Of a stretch of 64,000 nt of DNA, positions 37,181-47,274 are shown one piece after another. Where the stretch lies: positions 14,463 to 78,462 of the forward strand of contig JBGQLV010000004.1 in NCBI GenBank assembly GCA_041500225.1, written 5' to 3'. The notes beneath the pieces were generated by a model. It saw only the letters and a program-made list of their open reading frames with translations. It was not told where the DNA came from and did not search any database. The stretch comes from Thermodesulfovibrionia bacterium (GTDB taxonomy: Bacteria > Nitrospirota > Thermodesulfovibrionia > Thermodesulfovibrionales > SM23-35). Position numbers and translations under genes: made by a program. Position 1 is the stretch's first letter, and the number at the start of each line of letters is the position of its first letter.

Positions 37181-39385
37181 ATGGAGAAAAAGATAGGAGT
37201 TTATATCTGCACAGATTGCGAGATCGGGAAGGCTCTCGATATAGAACAATTAGGGAAGGTTGCTACCAAGATGAAGGCCCCTGTTGTCAAGACCCATCCA
37301 TCTCTATGTCAGAAAGAAGGTGTCGATTTCATCAAAAAGGACATGGCTACAGAGGGCGTAAATGCAGTTATAATTGCTGCCTGCTCACCACGTGTAAATT
37401 ACGATGTCTTTGATCTGGGTATACCACTTGTGGAAAGGGTAAACCTGAGGGAGGGAGTTGTCTGGTCACATCCACCAAACGATGAAGACACTCAGATGAT
37501 GGCAGAAGACTATGTAAGGATGGGAATCCTGAAAATGCAGAAGATGGAGGCCCCAGAACCTTACAAGGTAGAGGATCTCTGCAAAAACGTGCTGGTTGTT
37601 GGCGGTGGCCTTGCCGGGATTACCGCTGCCAATGAGGCAGCCAAGGCAGGTTATGATGTCTACCTGGTGGAAAAGGGTGATTCCCTCGGAGGATGGATGT
37701 CCAAGCTTTATAAGCAGACACCAACAAAACCTCCTTATACAGACCTTGAAGAGCCATTAATTAATAACTTGATAAAAGAGATTCAACAAAATCCAAAGAT
37801 TAAGATTTACACCTCATCATTAATTGAGAAGATAGATGGTGCCCCGGGTTTGTATGATGTCACTATCAAACAAAATGGTAATCTCGAGACTTTTAGGGCT
37901 GGTGCTATAGTTTCAGCTTCTGGCACCATACCATATGATGCAACAAAGATTGATCATCTCGGTTTTGGAAAATATCCCAATGTAATAACCAACTATATGA
38001 TGGAGGAATTGGCCTCAAAGGGAACAATCGTTCGCCCCTCTGATGGTAAACCCGTGGCAAGCGTTGCCTTCGTGCTATGTGCAGGACAAAGGGATGAGAA
38101 TTATCTGCCTTATTGTTCAGCAACCTGCTGCATGGAGTCTCTAAAACAGGCGAAATATGTAAGGAATCAAGACCCTGAAGCAAAGGTTTATATATTCTAT
38201 AGAGACATGAGGACCCCCGGACATTATGAGTACTTCTACAAGAGTATGCAGAATGATCCAGGGGTATTTTTGACAAAAGGTGATGTTAAAGGTGTCTCGG
38301 AGGATGGAAATAAAAATCTCATAGTTGATGCGGAAAATACCCTGATAGGTGAAAAGATCCAGGTGAATGCTGACCTTGTTGTCTTGGCAACAGGCATGGT
38401 CCCAGTATCTGCGCTCGGTGAGGAAATACTGCCACCAGGGGTAAAACCAGGAGACGAATTTATTCCTTATGTTATGATCGAAACAGATATACTAAACCTT
38501 GGGTACAGGCAGGGAGGGGAGCTACCTTCTTTGGCTTACGGATACCCTGACTCCAACTTTATCTGTTTCCCATATGAAACTCGAAGAACAGGTGTTTACG
38601 CTGCTGGTCCTGGGAGGGCGCCTATGGATATACCTTCTATTATTGAAGATGCCACTGGGGCAGCCCTTAAGGCAATTCAGTGTATTGAGATGACAGGCAG
38701 GGGGGAGGCAGTGCATCCAAGGGCTGGAGATATATCTTATGCAGACTTCTTTATGCAAAAATGTACCCAGTGCAAGAGATGTACAGAGGAGTGTCCATTC
38801 GGCGCTATCAATGAAGATGAAAAGGGAAACCCACTTTACAATCCAACCCGCTGCAGAAGATGTGCAGTCTGTCTGGGTGCATGTCCAGAGAGGATTATCA
38901 GCTTTAAGAACTACTCTGTTGACATGATAGGTAATATGGTCAAGAATATTGAGGTCCCTGAAGAAGAAGAAGAGAAGCCGAGGGCTATAGTCTTCGCCTG
39001 TGAGAATGATGCCTATCCAGCGCTGGATATGGCTGGAATCAGCCGCCTTCAGTATACCCCATTTGTAAGGGTTGTTCCTTTGAGATGTATAGGTTCAATG
39101 AACCTGGTATGGGTGGCAGATGCCCTTTCAAAGGGTATTGACGGGATACTCCTCCTTGGATGTCAATATGGCGAGGATTACCAGTGCCATATGGCAACAG
39201 GAAGCCACCTTGCTAAAATCAGATTGTCAAAGGTCGCCGAAACACTGGACAGGTTAAAGCTTGAGTCTGGAAGGGTTCAAATGGAACAGATATCTATCTC
39301 AGAATATTACAAAGTACCAGAGGTATTAGACAGCTTTTTGGAAAAATTGAAGGGGTTCGGTCCTAACCCATATAAAGGATACTAA
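37181..39385 (+). CDS. qmoB: Qmo subunit B (HdrA-like with two [4Fe-4S] motifs and an MvhD-like C-terminus)
   Basis: 734 aa. VLVVGGGLAGITAA, CTQCKRCTEECP, CRRCAVCLGACP. The C-terminal FACENDAYP..LRCIGS region is MvhD-like. Confidence 0.85.
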   Translation: MEKKIGVYICTDCEIGKALDIEQLGKVATKMKAPVVKTHPSLCQKEGVDFIKKDMATEGVNAVIIAACSPRVNYDVFDLGIPLVERVNLREGVVWSHPPNDEDTQMMAEDYVRMGILKMQKMEAPEPYKVEDLCKNVLVVGGGLAGITAANEAAKAGYDVYLVEKGDSLGGWMSKLYKQTPTKPPYTDLEEPLINNLIKEIQQNPKIKIYTSSLIEKIDGAPGLYDVTIKQNGNLETFRAGAIVSASGTIPYDATKIDHLGFGKYPNVITNYMMEELASKGTIVRPSDGKPVASVAFVLCAGQRDENYLPYCSATCCMESLKQAKYVRNQDPEAKVYIFYRDMRTPGHYEYFYKSMQNDPGVFLTKGDVKGVSEDGNKNLIVDAENTLIGEKIQVNADLVVLATGMVPVSALGEEILPPGVKPGDEFIPYVMIETDILNLGYRQGGELPSLAYGYPDSNFICFPYETRRTGVYAAGPGRAPMDIPSIIEDATGAALKAIQCIEMTGRGEAVHPRAGDISYADFFMQKCTQCKRCTEECPFGAINEDEKGNPLYNPTRCRRCAVCLGACPERIISFKNYSVDMIGNMVKNIEVPEEEEEKPRAIVFACENDAYPALDMAGISRLQYTPFVRVVPLRCIGSMNLVWVADALSKGIDGILLLGCQYGEDYQCHMATGSHLAKIRLSKVAETLDRLKLESGRVQMEQISISEYYKVPEVLDSFLEKLKGFGPNPYKGY

Positions 39386-39426
39386 AAGAGTGTCAGTGAT
39401 CACTAATGAATTTAGGAGGTAAAAGG

Positions 39427-40590
39427 ATGGCAGAGCAAATAAGTCCTGATTTAGGCTTTGTAAAGGATGTTATTGCAGGAGGAGGTGAATCCCTGAAAAA
39501 ATGTTTCCAGTGTGCAACATGCTCTGTTGTATGCAATTTAACCCCTGATGATAAACCATTCCCAAGAAAAGAAATGTTATATGCTCAATGGGGTTTGAAG
39601 GATAAGCTCTTCCCTAATCCTGATGTCTGGCTCTGCCATCAATGCAGTGATTGTACTGCTTATTGTCCGAGAGGGGCAAAGCCAGGAGAAGTCCTCAATG
39701 CAGTAAGAAAAATGTCTATCGAGCATTATTCAGTCCCCCGGTTTTTGGGAAAACTGGTCGGTAACCCCGGCGCCCTTGTCCTCCTCCTTGCCATACCTAC
39801 TGCTATCTTTCTGGCTATCCTTGCAGGCTTAGGCCATCTGAATCTGGAAAGCATCAGGAATGAAGCAGGGAAGATCGCATACTCGGCATTATTGCCTTCG
39901 TATTTTATCGATGGTGTTTTTGTCCCGATATTCCTCTTTGCTGTTGTTTCACTGGCCATAGGTGTCTCACGGTACTGGAAAGATATGGTGCGTGCTACCG
40001 GCGTTAACCCCAAGGGCAGTATTGTAAACGCTCTTACTGAGACTATCAGTGAAATTTTGTCACATAAACGATTTGATAAATGTAATGTAACCTATGATCG
40101 AAAGTTAGCTCACGTGTTAGTATTTTTCAGTTTTATTGGACTTGCAATAACAACAGCATGGGCAGTTTTATATTTGTATGGATACGAGATAATGGAAGCG
40201 ATGGGGAAAACGCCTTACCCCTGGATGCTCGGCAAATCACCATATCCGTTGACGGATCCGGTAAAGATACTTGGGAACGTAAGCGCAGCAGCCCTGATCA
40301 TTGGTATTACATTAGTTATGATGAACAGGTCAAGAAATAAGGAAAAGGCGGGGTCAGGTGGTTATTATGACTGGCTTTTCATCAGCATAGTCAGCGCTAT
40401 TGCAGTAACAGGTATACTATCTGAGATATTGAGATTAGCAAATATAGCAATCCTGGCTTATACGATATATTTTTTCCACCTTGTTGTTGTTTTCTTCCTG
40501 TTCGCCTATGCTCCTTTTTCAAAAATGGCACACATGGTTTACAGAGCAACAGCAATGGTTTTTGCAAGGTATTCAGAGAGGGAAACTTAG
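39427..40590 (+). CDS. qmoC: Qmo subunit C (HdrC-like FeS domain fused to an HdrE-like membrane cytochrome b domain)
   Basis: The track start is 39406, but the ATG at 39427 follows GGAGG by 7 nt. CFQCATCSVVC and CHQCSDCTAYCP, followed by about 6 TM helices. Confidence 0.85.
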   Translation: MAEQISPDLGFVKDVIAGGGESLKKCFQCATCSVVCNLTPDDKPFPRKEMLYAQWGLKDKLFPNPDVWLCHQCSDCTAYCPRGAKPGEVLNAVRKMSIEHYSVPRFLGKLVGNPGALVLLLAIPTAIFLAILAGLGHLNLESIRNEAGKIAYSALLPSYFIDGVFVPIFLFAVVSLAIGVSRYWKDMVRATGVNPKGSIVNALTETISEILSHKRFDKCNVTYDRKLAHVLVFFSFIGLAITTAWAVLYLYGYEIMEAMGKTPYPWMLGKSPYPLTDPVKILGNVSAAALIIGITLVMMNRSRNKEKAGSGGYYDWLFISIVSAIAVTGILSEILRLANIAILAYTIYFFHLVVVFFLFAYAPFSKMAHMVYRATAMVFARYSERET

Positions 40591-40746
40591 CCTGTTAAAT
40601 ATCAAGAAATATTTTAGAGAAGGAGGTGAAGAGAGAAGGGTTAATAATAAGTAACAACTTAAAAGTTGTGGAAGGTTCATGATTATTATAATTCTTAATT
40701 CTCGACTTCTAAATTGTAATCTCTTAAGTAACTAAGGAGGGGCTAA

Positions 40747-42822
40747 ATGACTAATGTTATTTTATTTGCTTTAATGTGCGGAGTTCTTGGCGTTATATAT
40801 GCTGCGATGACCGCAGTGTGGGTATCAAAGCAGGACGCTGGTACTACCAAGATGCAGGAGATTTCGAATGCGGTCAAAGAGGGCGCATATGCTTTTCTTG
40901 CACGTGAATACAAAACTGTTGCAATCGTAGCTGTTGTCATGGTTATTTTGATTGCTGCTGTTGGACTCGGAATTTGGACGAGTATCGGTTTTCTTATCGG
41001 CACCGTCGGTTCCGCACTTGCCGGCTTTGTCGGCATGTGGGTTACAGTTCGGGCCAATGTACGCACCACACAGGCCGCGCACAAGGGGCTTAAGGCTGCA
41101 CTCGGCCTTGCATTCAAGGGCGGTTCGGTCACAGGCGTTATGGTTGTCGGTCTTGGAATTATAGGCCTTGCGGGTTTTTATTTTATAGCAAAGCAGGCAG
41201 CCCCTGAGATGGCATTCCATGCACTCGTGGGACTCGGCTTCGGCTGCTCACTTATGAGCGTGTTTGCCCGTATCGCAGGTGGTATCTACACAAAGGCTGC
41301 TGACGTTGGCGCAGACCTCGTTGGTAAGGTTGAGGCAGGAATACCTGAGGATGATCCGAGAAACCCCGCCGTTATCGCAGATAACGTTGGCGACAATGTC
41401 GGTGACTGTGCAGGGATGGCAGCCGACCTTTATGAGACATACACGGTTACGCTCGTTGCAGCAATGCTCCTTGCAAAGACGGTTTTCGGAGCTGACAGCG
41501 CATGGGTGGAATTCCCGATGCTCCTCGGCGGAATATCGATCATTGCTTCCATTATTGGGACATTTGCAGTAAGGCTCGGTAAAAGCCAGTATATCATGGG
41601 CGCCCTCTATAAGGGGCTTGCCGTTGCAGGCGGTCTTGCGGCAATAACATTTTATTTCGTGACAGGCGAGTTCCTGAAAGACGCATCAACACAGGCTTCA
41701 CTGATTGCTCATCCGTCATTTACACAGATGAACGTTTTTCTCATGGCAGTTATCGGCCTCGCATTGACAGGCCTGATCGTGGTTATAACTGAGTACTTCA
41801 CTGCTGGGAAGTATCCCCCGGTGAAACACATTGCAAAGGCCAGCCTGACCGGTCACGGCACAAACGTGATCGCCGGCCTCGCGGTCAGCATGAAGTCAAC
41901 CGCAGCGCCTGTTATCGTTATCGTTGCCTCAATTCTGGGCGCTTATTCATTAGGCGGCGGATTTAATGGCGATGCGGCGGGCGGTCTTTTTGCTATCGCC
42001 CTGTCAGCGGTTTCGATGCTTTCCATGACAGGTATCGTTGTTGCGATTGACTCGTATGGTCCTATTACGGACAATGCAGGCGGTATTGCAGAAATGTCAG
42101 GACTTCCTGAAGCGATCCGTAACATAACAGACCCGCTTGATGCGGTCGGCAACACAACAAAGGCTGTTACAAAGGGATATGCTATCGGTTCAGCAGGTCT
42201 CGCTGCTCTGGTTCTCTTTGCAGAGTATTCAAGGTCATTCAGCACACAGCTTTATTTTGATCTTTCGAACCCCATGGTTCTGGCTGGTCTCTTCATCGGC
42301 GGCTTGCTTCCTTACTATTACGGCTCACTCCTTATGGAGGCTGTTGGAAAGGCAGCCGGCAGCATTGTTGAGGAAGTCAGAAGACAGTTCAGGGAGATCC
42401 CCGGCATTATGGAATACAAGGCTAAGCCTGAGTACGGCAAGTGTGTTGACATTGTCACAAAAGGCGCTATCAAGCAGATGATGGTTCCAGCCCTTATCCC
42501 TGTTGTAGTACCTATAGTAGTAGGTCTTCTCCTTGGCAGGGAAGCTCTCGGAGGCGTTCTTATCGGAAGTATCCTGACTGGACTATTCCAGGCGATCGCC
42601 ATGACAAGCGGCGGCGGCGCATGGGACAACGCCAAGAAATCCTTTGAAGATGGCGTTACCGACGACAAAGGCGTCGTGCACAAGAAGGGGAGCGATGGAC
42701 ATAAAGCCTCTGTCACAGGCGACACAGTCGGCGACCCGTATAAGGATACAGCAGGCCCGGCTATCAACCCGATGATCAAGGTTATCAATATCGTTGCATT
42801 GCTGATCGTTCCACTTATTTAG
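40747..42822 (+). CDS. hppA: Membrane-integral proton-translocating pyrophosphatase, K+-independent type
   Basis: 691 aa. DNVGDNVGD, and [16 protein letters not shown] (Lys rather than Ala in GNTT[K/A]A). Confidence 0.9.
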   Translation: MTNVILFALMCGVLGVIYAAMTAVWVSKQDAGTTKMQEISNAVKEGAYAFLAREYKTVAIVAVVMVILIAAVGLGIWTSIGFLIGTVGSALAGFVGMWVTVRANVRTTQAAHKGLKAALGLAFKGGSVTGVMVVGLGIIGLAGFYFIAKQAAPEMAFHALVGLGFGCSLMSVFARIAGGIYTKAADVGADLVGKVEAGIPEDDPRNPAVIADNVGDNVGDCAGMAADLYETYTVTLVAAMLLAKTVFGADSAWVEFPMLLGGISIIASIIGTFAVRLGKSQYIMGALYKGLAVAGGLAAITFYFVTGEFLKDASTQASLIAHPSFTQMNVFLMAVIGLALTGLIVVITEYFTAGKYPPVKHIAKASLTGHGTNVIAGLAVSMKSTAAPVIVIVASILGAYSLGGGFNGDAAGGLFAIALSAVSMLSMTGIVVAIDSYGPITDNAGGIAEMSGLPEAIRNITDPLDAVGNTTKAVTKGYAIGSAGLAALVLFAEYSRSFSTQLYFDLSNPMVLAGLFIGGLLPYYYGSLLMEAVGKAAGSIVEEVRRQFREIPGIMEYKAKPEYGKCVDIVTKGAIKQMMVPALIPVVVPIVVGLLLGREALGGVLIGSILTGLFQAIAMTSGGGAWDNAKKSFEDGVTDDKGVVHKKGSDGHKASVTGDTVGDPYKDTAGPAINPMIKVINIVALLIVPLI

Positions 42823-42838
42823 GTTTATATAGCTTAAA

Positions 42839-42874
42839 AGGCCGGCAGGATACTCTGTCGGCCTTTTTATTTTT
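42839..42874 (+). terminator. Rho-independent terminator after hppA
   Basis: aggccggca ggatactc tgtcggcct (9-bp stem including one G:U pair) followed by ttttatttt. Confidence 0.65.
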
Positions 42875-42902
42875 AAAACTTATAGGAAAGGATTAAATTA
42901 AG

Positions 42903-43007
42903 ATGCCATTACCAAGTATGAAAGATGTGGAACCAACACAACTAACCCTGGAATCAAGATTTAAATTCAAGTGCCATAAAAGCGTTAAGTGTTTTACGAA
43001 ATGCTAA
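42903..43007 (+). pseudogene. Truncated remnant (34 codons) of a third YkgJ-like paralog
   Basis: MPLPSMKDVEPTQLTLESRFKFKCHKSVKCFTKC*. It matches the RFKF.CHK...CFN.CC N-termini of the 29920 and 33985 products and stops inside the CC motif, immediately before the purH SD. Confidence 0.6.
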
Positions 43008-43022
43008 GGAGGGGGTTCTTTT

Positions 43023-44315
43023 ATGCCAGATATTAAGAAGATGTACCGTACTATCATGGATGATCATTTTCCTGATAAGATGACAATTAAATTTGGGGAC
43101 CAGACTTTAATATACAAGAAAAGAACATGGAAGATACCTGATGATAAAACAGGGGAAATAATAGAAAAAGGCCTTCGCTATGGTGAAAATCCAGGCCAGG
43201 AAGCAGCGCTTTATGAATTAATTAATGGTAATCTGACCCTCGGAGCCTGCCAGTTTATACAGCCAGAGAATGGCCTCGTTAGCAGCATTACAGAAAAGGA
43301 TATGATCCAGGTAGGTAAACACCCTGGTAAAACAAACCTTACAGACCTCGATAATGGCTTGAACATTATTAAATATCTCATGGATAAGCCTGCGGCAGTG
43401 ATCTTAAAACATAATAATCCCTGCGGCGCTGCATACGGAAAGACATTGGCTGATGCCTATGAAAAGGCTAATATGGCAGACAGGATAGCAGCATTTGGTG
43501 GATGTCTTGTTGTGAACAGGGCGATGGATAAGGAAACAGCAGAGATAATCAGCATTAACTACCTCGAGGTTGTAGCCGCACCTGAATTTGAAGAAGGAAC
43601 GATAGATGTTTTATCTAAAAGAAAGAATCTAAGGATTATCAGAATAAGCAGTATTAAAGAGTTAGAAAAATATAAGACACTGCGCTTTGTAGACTTCAAA
43701 TCATTAATTGACGGCGGCATTATAGTCCAGCAATCTCCGATAAACAGAATTAAATCAAAGGAAGACTTCCTACCGGCAAAGGCAACTTATCAGGGGAGAG
43801 AATATGTTATAGAAAGAGTGCCAACTGACAGGGAATATAACGATATGCTTTTCGGGTGGAACATAGAACAGGGAATTACATCGAACTCAGTGATCTATGT
43901 AAGAGATGGTGTGACAGTTGGTGTTGGAGCAGGTGAGCAGGACAGGGTAGGTGTGGCTGAGATAGCAGTCTTCAAGGTATATCAGAAATATGCTGACGCC
44001 TTATGCTTTAAGAAACATGGTATCCCTTATAAAACATTTGAGCTCGATGTCAAAAATGGCAAAAGGGATAGGGTCGCGCTGCTTGAAATAGACGAGGAAA
44101 TGAAAAAGAATAAAGGCGGACTTATAGGGTCTGTAATGGTCTCTGATGCATTCTTTCCCTTCAGGGACGGTGTTGATGTTGGTATCAAAGAGGGTGTTTC
44201 AGCAATAGTACAGCCAGGGGGATCTGAAAGGGATTTTGAAGTCATAACCGCCTGCAATGAAGCAAATCCAAAGGTAGCGATGGTCTTCACAGGCCAAAGG
44301 GCATTTAAACACTGA
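43023..44315 (+). CDS. purH: AICAR formyltransferase-domain protein (PurH-like, lacking the N-terminal IMP cyclohydrolase/MGS domain)
   Basis: 430 aa. LRYGENPGQEAALY, KHNNPCGAA, and the C-terminal VQPGGSERD..TGQRAFKH. Only about 50 aa precede the AICARFT motifs. Confidence 0.8.
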   Translation: MPDIKKMYRTIMDDHFPDKMTIKFGDQTLIYKKRTWKIPDDKTGEIIEKGLRYGENPGQEAALYELINGNLTLGACQFIQPENGLVSSITEKDMIQVGKHPGKTNLTDLDNGLNIIKYLMDKPAAVILKHNNPCGAAYGKTLADAYEKANMADRIAAFGGCLVVNRAMDKETAEIISINYLEVVAAPEFEEGTIDVLSKRKNLRIIRISSIKELEKYKTLRFVDFKSLIDGGIIVQQSPINRIKSKEDFLPAKATYQGREYVIERVPTDREYNDMLFGWNIEQGITSNSVIYVRDGVTVGVGAGEQDRVGVAEIAVFKVYQKYADALCFKKHGIPYKTFELDVKNGKRDRVALLEIDEEMKKNKGGLIGSVMVSDAFFPFRDGVDVGIKEGVSAIVQPGGSERDFEVITACNEANPKVAMVFTGQRAFKH

Positions 44316-45954
44316 GGTCTTCTTCGAGACGTTTTTTGCCCATCTTCATTGGAATGAAGAAAGCAAGACTATTCAGTGTGATAATTAAGATACCAGCCGT
44401 AACTAACTGGCCTATTTGCATATAGCTTGTTGCCGAACCTGATAATACCGCTTTTTTGTAAGAATAAAAGGACCAGGCCTCGAGAGAAACTGTCAGGAGC
44501 ACTACTGAAAAAGCAAAAAGCATAAAGAGCATACCGCCGGGGCTTGTCGAGATTGAGGCTATATTTTCATATCTGAATCTTGGATACATGGCACCCATGC
44601 CTGTGCCGAGTCCGCTTATAGAGATGCACAGAATAAAAATAGTAACCCCGGAGAGAAGCATTAACAGGTGGTCTGTGCCCATTGCTATATTAGTAATAAA
44701 AACTACGGCTAACAAAATGACTGTTACAGGAATAAAGCCGTATAAGAATTTTGACCGGAGTAATTTTTTTACTGTCACAGGTGATGTCCTTATAATCCAG
44801 AAGGCCATGCCTTCGAGGCTTATCGAGGAATAAAGAAACCTTGCAGAGACAGCAGAAAGGACAAGGCCTGCCATGAGCATATTTATAAGTACCATGAATT
44901 CTTTCATAAAAGGAAATATTTCAGAGAGGGTTTTTAGAGGTAGGGTTCTGAAATTATAGATATAGATGAATATGAGTGCACTTATAATAAAAAGCTGTGA
45001 CCACTGGCCAGCATCCCTGAAAAAGGTCTTTACATCCTTCCATAAAAATGCCATTTTATCGCCAGGATAAAATCCTTCTGTACCTGCTTTTATTCCATGT
45101 TTTATAGATGGTTGGATCCTCTCGATATTATTACTGTATAGCCTGTTACCAATTAAACCGGATAGTATGAGCATAAACACTCCACCACAAAGGATCAACA
45201 ATAGATAAGAGGTATCCGGTGTTTGTCTTTTAAGGAATGGCATAACAGACTCTGTTATCCAGAAACTCGGCATGAGAGGTGAGTCTGTCTTTATGTTAAG
45301 CATTGCATTAAAAAATCTTTCAGGACTTTCAGGACTGATAGACCACTGAGACCTGACCAGAAGATACAAGGATAGAAAAAGGAAAAGTCCTGTGGCAAGC
45401 AGTGATAACCGTAATTTTTTTATAGAAAATATCCTTGTAAGCAAATGTGCCGCAGTTATTCCAATCCCGCCTGCTATAAGTAAGAATGGGATAAAGGTCA
45501 GAATGAGCATAAGATAAAAACGAAGCGGGGCATTATAGCTTACGCCATAGGCAATAAAAAAAGGCGGTATAAAGGATATCACCATCCACGATGAACTTGA
45601 TATTGTCTCAATTGTCTTCAGTCTCAGGATTTCCTTTATCTTTATAGGTTTTGACATTAGGAAAGGAATATCCTTCGACATATAAAAAGAAGATAATGCA
45701 GTGATGATATTGCTGAGAATTAGAAAGATGCTAAGACTGAAAAAGGTTATGGAGAGGAGTTTTTTAGAGAGGATTTCTCCGAAAAATCCCATGCCCCGGA
45801 TAAAGTTCAAAACCTTGTATGTGCCTGAATAAAACAATACCCAGAAGATAAGACCGATGAATATGAAAGGGAATCTTTTCAAAAAGGCCTTCAGGGTAAT
45901 AGAGTTTTTTATGGATATGATCTTCGGGGTGAGTAATAAAAGGGTTGTTTTCAT
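44305..45954 (-). CDS. Polytopic membrane protein, putative ABC exporter permease
   Basis: 549 aa with at least 10 hydrophobic segments. Its start overlaps the stop of the upstream ABC ATPase by 4 nt. Confidence 0.6.
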   Translation of the reverse strand: MKTTLLLLTPKIISIKNSITLKAFLKRFPFIFIGLIFWVLFYSGTYKVLNFIRGMGFFGEILSKKLLSITFFSLSIFLILSNIITALSSFYMSKDIPFLMSKPIKIKEILRLKTIETISSSSWMVISFIPPFFIAYGVSYNAPLRFYLMLILTFIPFLLIAGGIGITAAHLLTRIFSIKKLRLSLLATGLFLFLSLYLLVRSQWSISPESPERFFNAMLNIKTDSPLMPSFWITESVMPFLKRQTPDTSYLLLILCGGVFMLILSGLIGNRLYSNNIERIQPSIKHGIKAGTEGFYPGDKMAFLWKDVKTFFRDAGQWSQLFIISALIFIYIYNFRTLPLKTLSEIFPFMKEFMVLINMLMAGLVLSAVSARFLYSSISLEGMAFWIIRTSPVTVKKLLRSKFLYGFIPVTVILLAVVFITNIAMGTDHLLMLLSGVTIFILCISISGLGTGMGAMYPRFRYENIASISTSPGGMLFMLFAFSVVLLTVSLEAWSFYSYKKAVLSGSATSYMQIGQLVTAGILIITLNSLAFFIPMKMGKKRLEEDLSV

Positions 45955-46655
45955 GAGTTTATTTTTAAGAATAACTTTTCAAGTCCACCTTCTGTAGTAA
46001 TCTCTTCCTTGTTCTTTATGCTGATGAGAGAGCCTTTGCTGATAAGACCAACTCTTTCACATAGTTCTTCAGCAATGTGGAGGCTGTGCGTTGCAAGAAA
46101 GATCGTGACCTCTTCTAATCTCAATCTTCTTATCATATCTTTTATCATCATTACTCCGAAAGGGTCAAGTCCCACGAATGGTTCGTCAATAAGAAGGACT
46201 TGAGGATTATGTATCAGGGCAGATAGAAATAACAGCCTCTGCCTCATACCCTGTGAATAACTTTCTATTAATTCTTCCTCTATCTCTTTTATGCCGAATA
46301 GTTCGAGCAGCTCATCAATCCTCTTAATAGCTGTGGATTTTTCGATGCCGTGAATAGATGCTACAAACTTCAGAAACTCACGGCCTTTAAGTTTTTCGTA
46401 TAGAAACGCCTTGTCAGGCACATAACCGAAAATGGATTTTGCTTTTATAGGCTCCTTAACGATATCATAACCACCTATCAGTATCTTCCCCTCGGTTGGC
46501 CTGAGAAGGCCTGTCATCATCCTTATGGTCGTAGTCTTTCCGGCAGCATTTGGGCCAAGAAGCCCAAAGACCTCACCTTTATCAACACGAAGATCAAGCC
46601 TCTTTACAGCCCATTTACCATTAAAGGATTTACTGACCTTGTCAAGGATTATCAT
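45951..46655 (-). CDS. ABC transporter ATP-binding protein (ABC-2/DrrA-like)
   Basis: 234 aa. GPNAAGKTTT, YSQGMRQRLLFLSA, LLIDEPFVGLD. Confidence 0.9.
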   Translation of the reverse strand: MIILDKVSKSFNGKWAVKRLDLRVDKGEVFGLLGPNAAGKTTTIRMMTGLLRPTEGKILIGGYDIVKEPIKAKSIFGYVPDKAFLYEKLKGREFLKFVASIHGIEKSTAIKRIDELLELFGIKEIEEELIESYSQGMRQRLLFLSALIHNPQVLLIDEPFVGLDPFGVMMIKDMIRRLRLEEVTIFLATHSLHIAEELCERVGLISKGSLISIKNKEEITTEGGLEKLFLKINS

Positions 46656-46871
46656 GATAGTTTTATTTTACAATTTTGTCTGACTGTTCGGAAAGGAAAG
46701 TAGATGACCTTTTGGGTTAGGTTCTTTTTAATTATAAAATTATAATGGAGGATGCAAAAGCAAAAAACACACCACTTAAATAGAGCAAGAATAACTCTAT
46801 CTTATAAAGTAAGCTGTTAATAACTAAATCATCCTCTAAGATTTTTCTTGAGGACGGTTTTTAAACTACAG

Positions 46872-46982
46872 CTATTTTTTCTTGTGAGTTGCGCAGAATT
46901 TCGATTTTCCAGTTGCGGTATTCTTACATGCTGTTCCCGCAGTGGTTTTTGCTGCGCATTTTACCTTTTTTACTGTTGCCAT
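46872..46982 (-). CDS. Candidate 36-aa basic Cys3-His small protein
   Basis: My translation is MATVKKVKCAAKTTAGTACKNTATGKSKFCATHKKK. SD GAGGAGG lies 5 nt before the ATG. Below the track cutoff. Confidence 0.4.
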   Translation of the reverse strand: MATVKKVKCAAKTTAGTACKNTATGKSKFCATHKKK

Positions 46983-47274
46983 GTTTCCTCCTCGTTTTAT
47001 TTAATAAATTAAATCTGTTTTTTAGTATAGCATAAACTCATTTATATTAATTGCCTGAAGTCGCAATTTTTCAACAACTCTCTTTTTTATACTACTCTAT
47101 TGGGGAAAGAGCTTTTTTATGTGACAGCATGGTATAAATTTGAGAATACATTTAAGGATTAATTATAGGACTTTTAAAGATTAGATAAAAAAGTTAAAAT
47201 GAGATGTAATAACACGGCTTACTAACACTATTGACAGACAGGTTTTTAAAGGAAAATAAAAAGGTAATGGGTGA

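Noticed and set aside
40743-41220. 129-aa and 131-aa minus-strand ORFs (also 41943-42245 and 42318-42788) inside hppA
   Set aside because: These are antisense ORFs within a locally GC-rich, Ala/Gly-rich membrane PPase gene. Such genes routinely generate long shadow frames. There is no SD and no motifs.
44305-44315. 11-nt convergent overlap of the purH and ABC-permease 3' ends
   Set aside because: Small convergent overlaps are common and need no special explanation. No hairpin or other signal was seen there.
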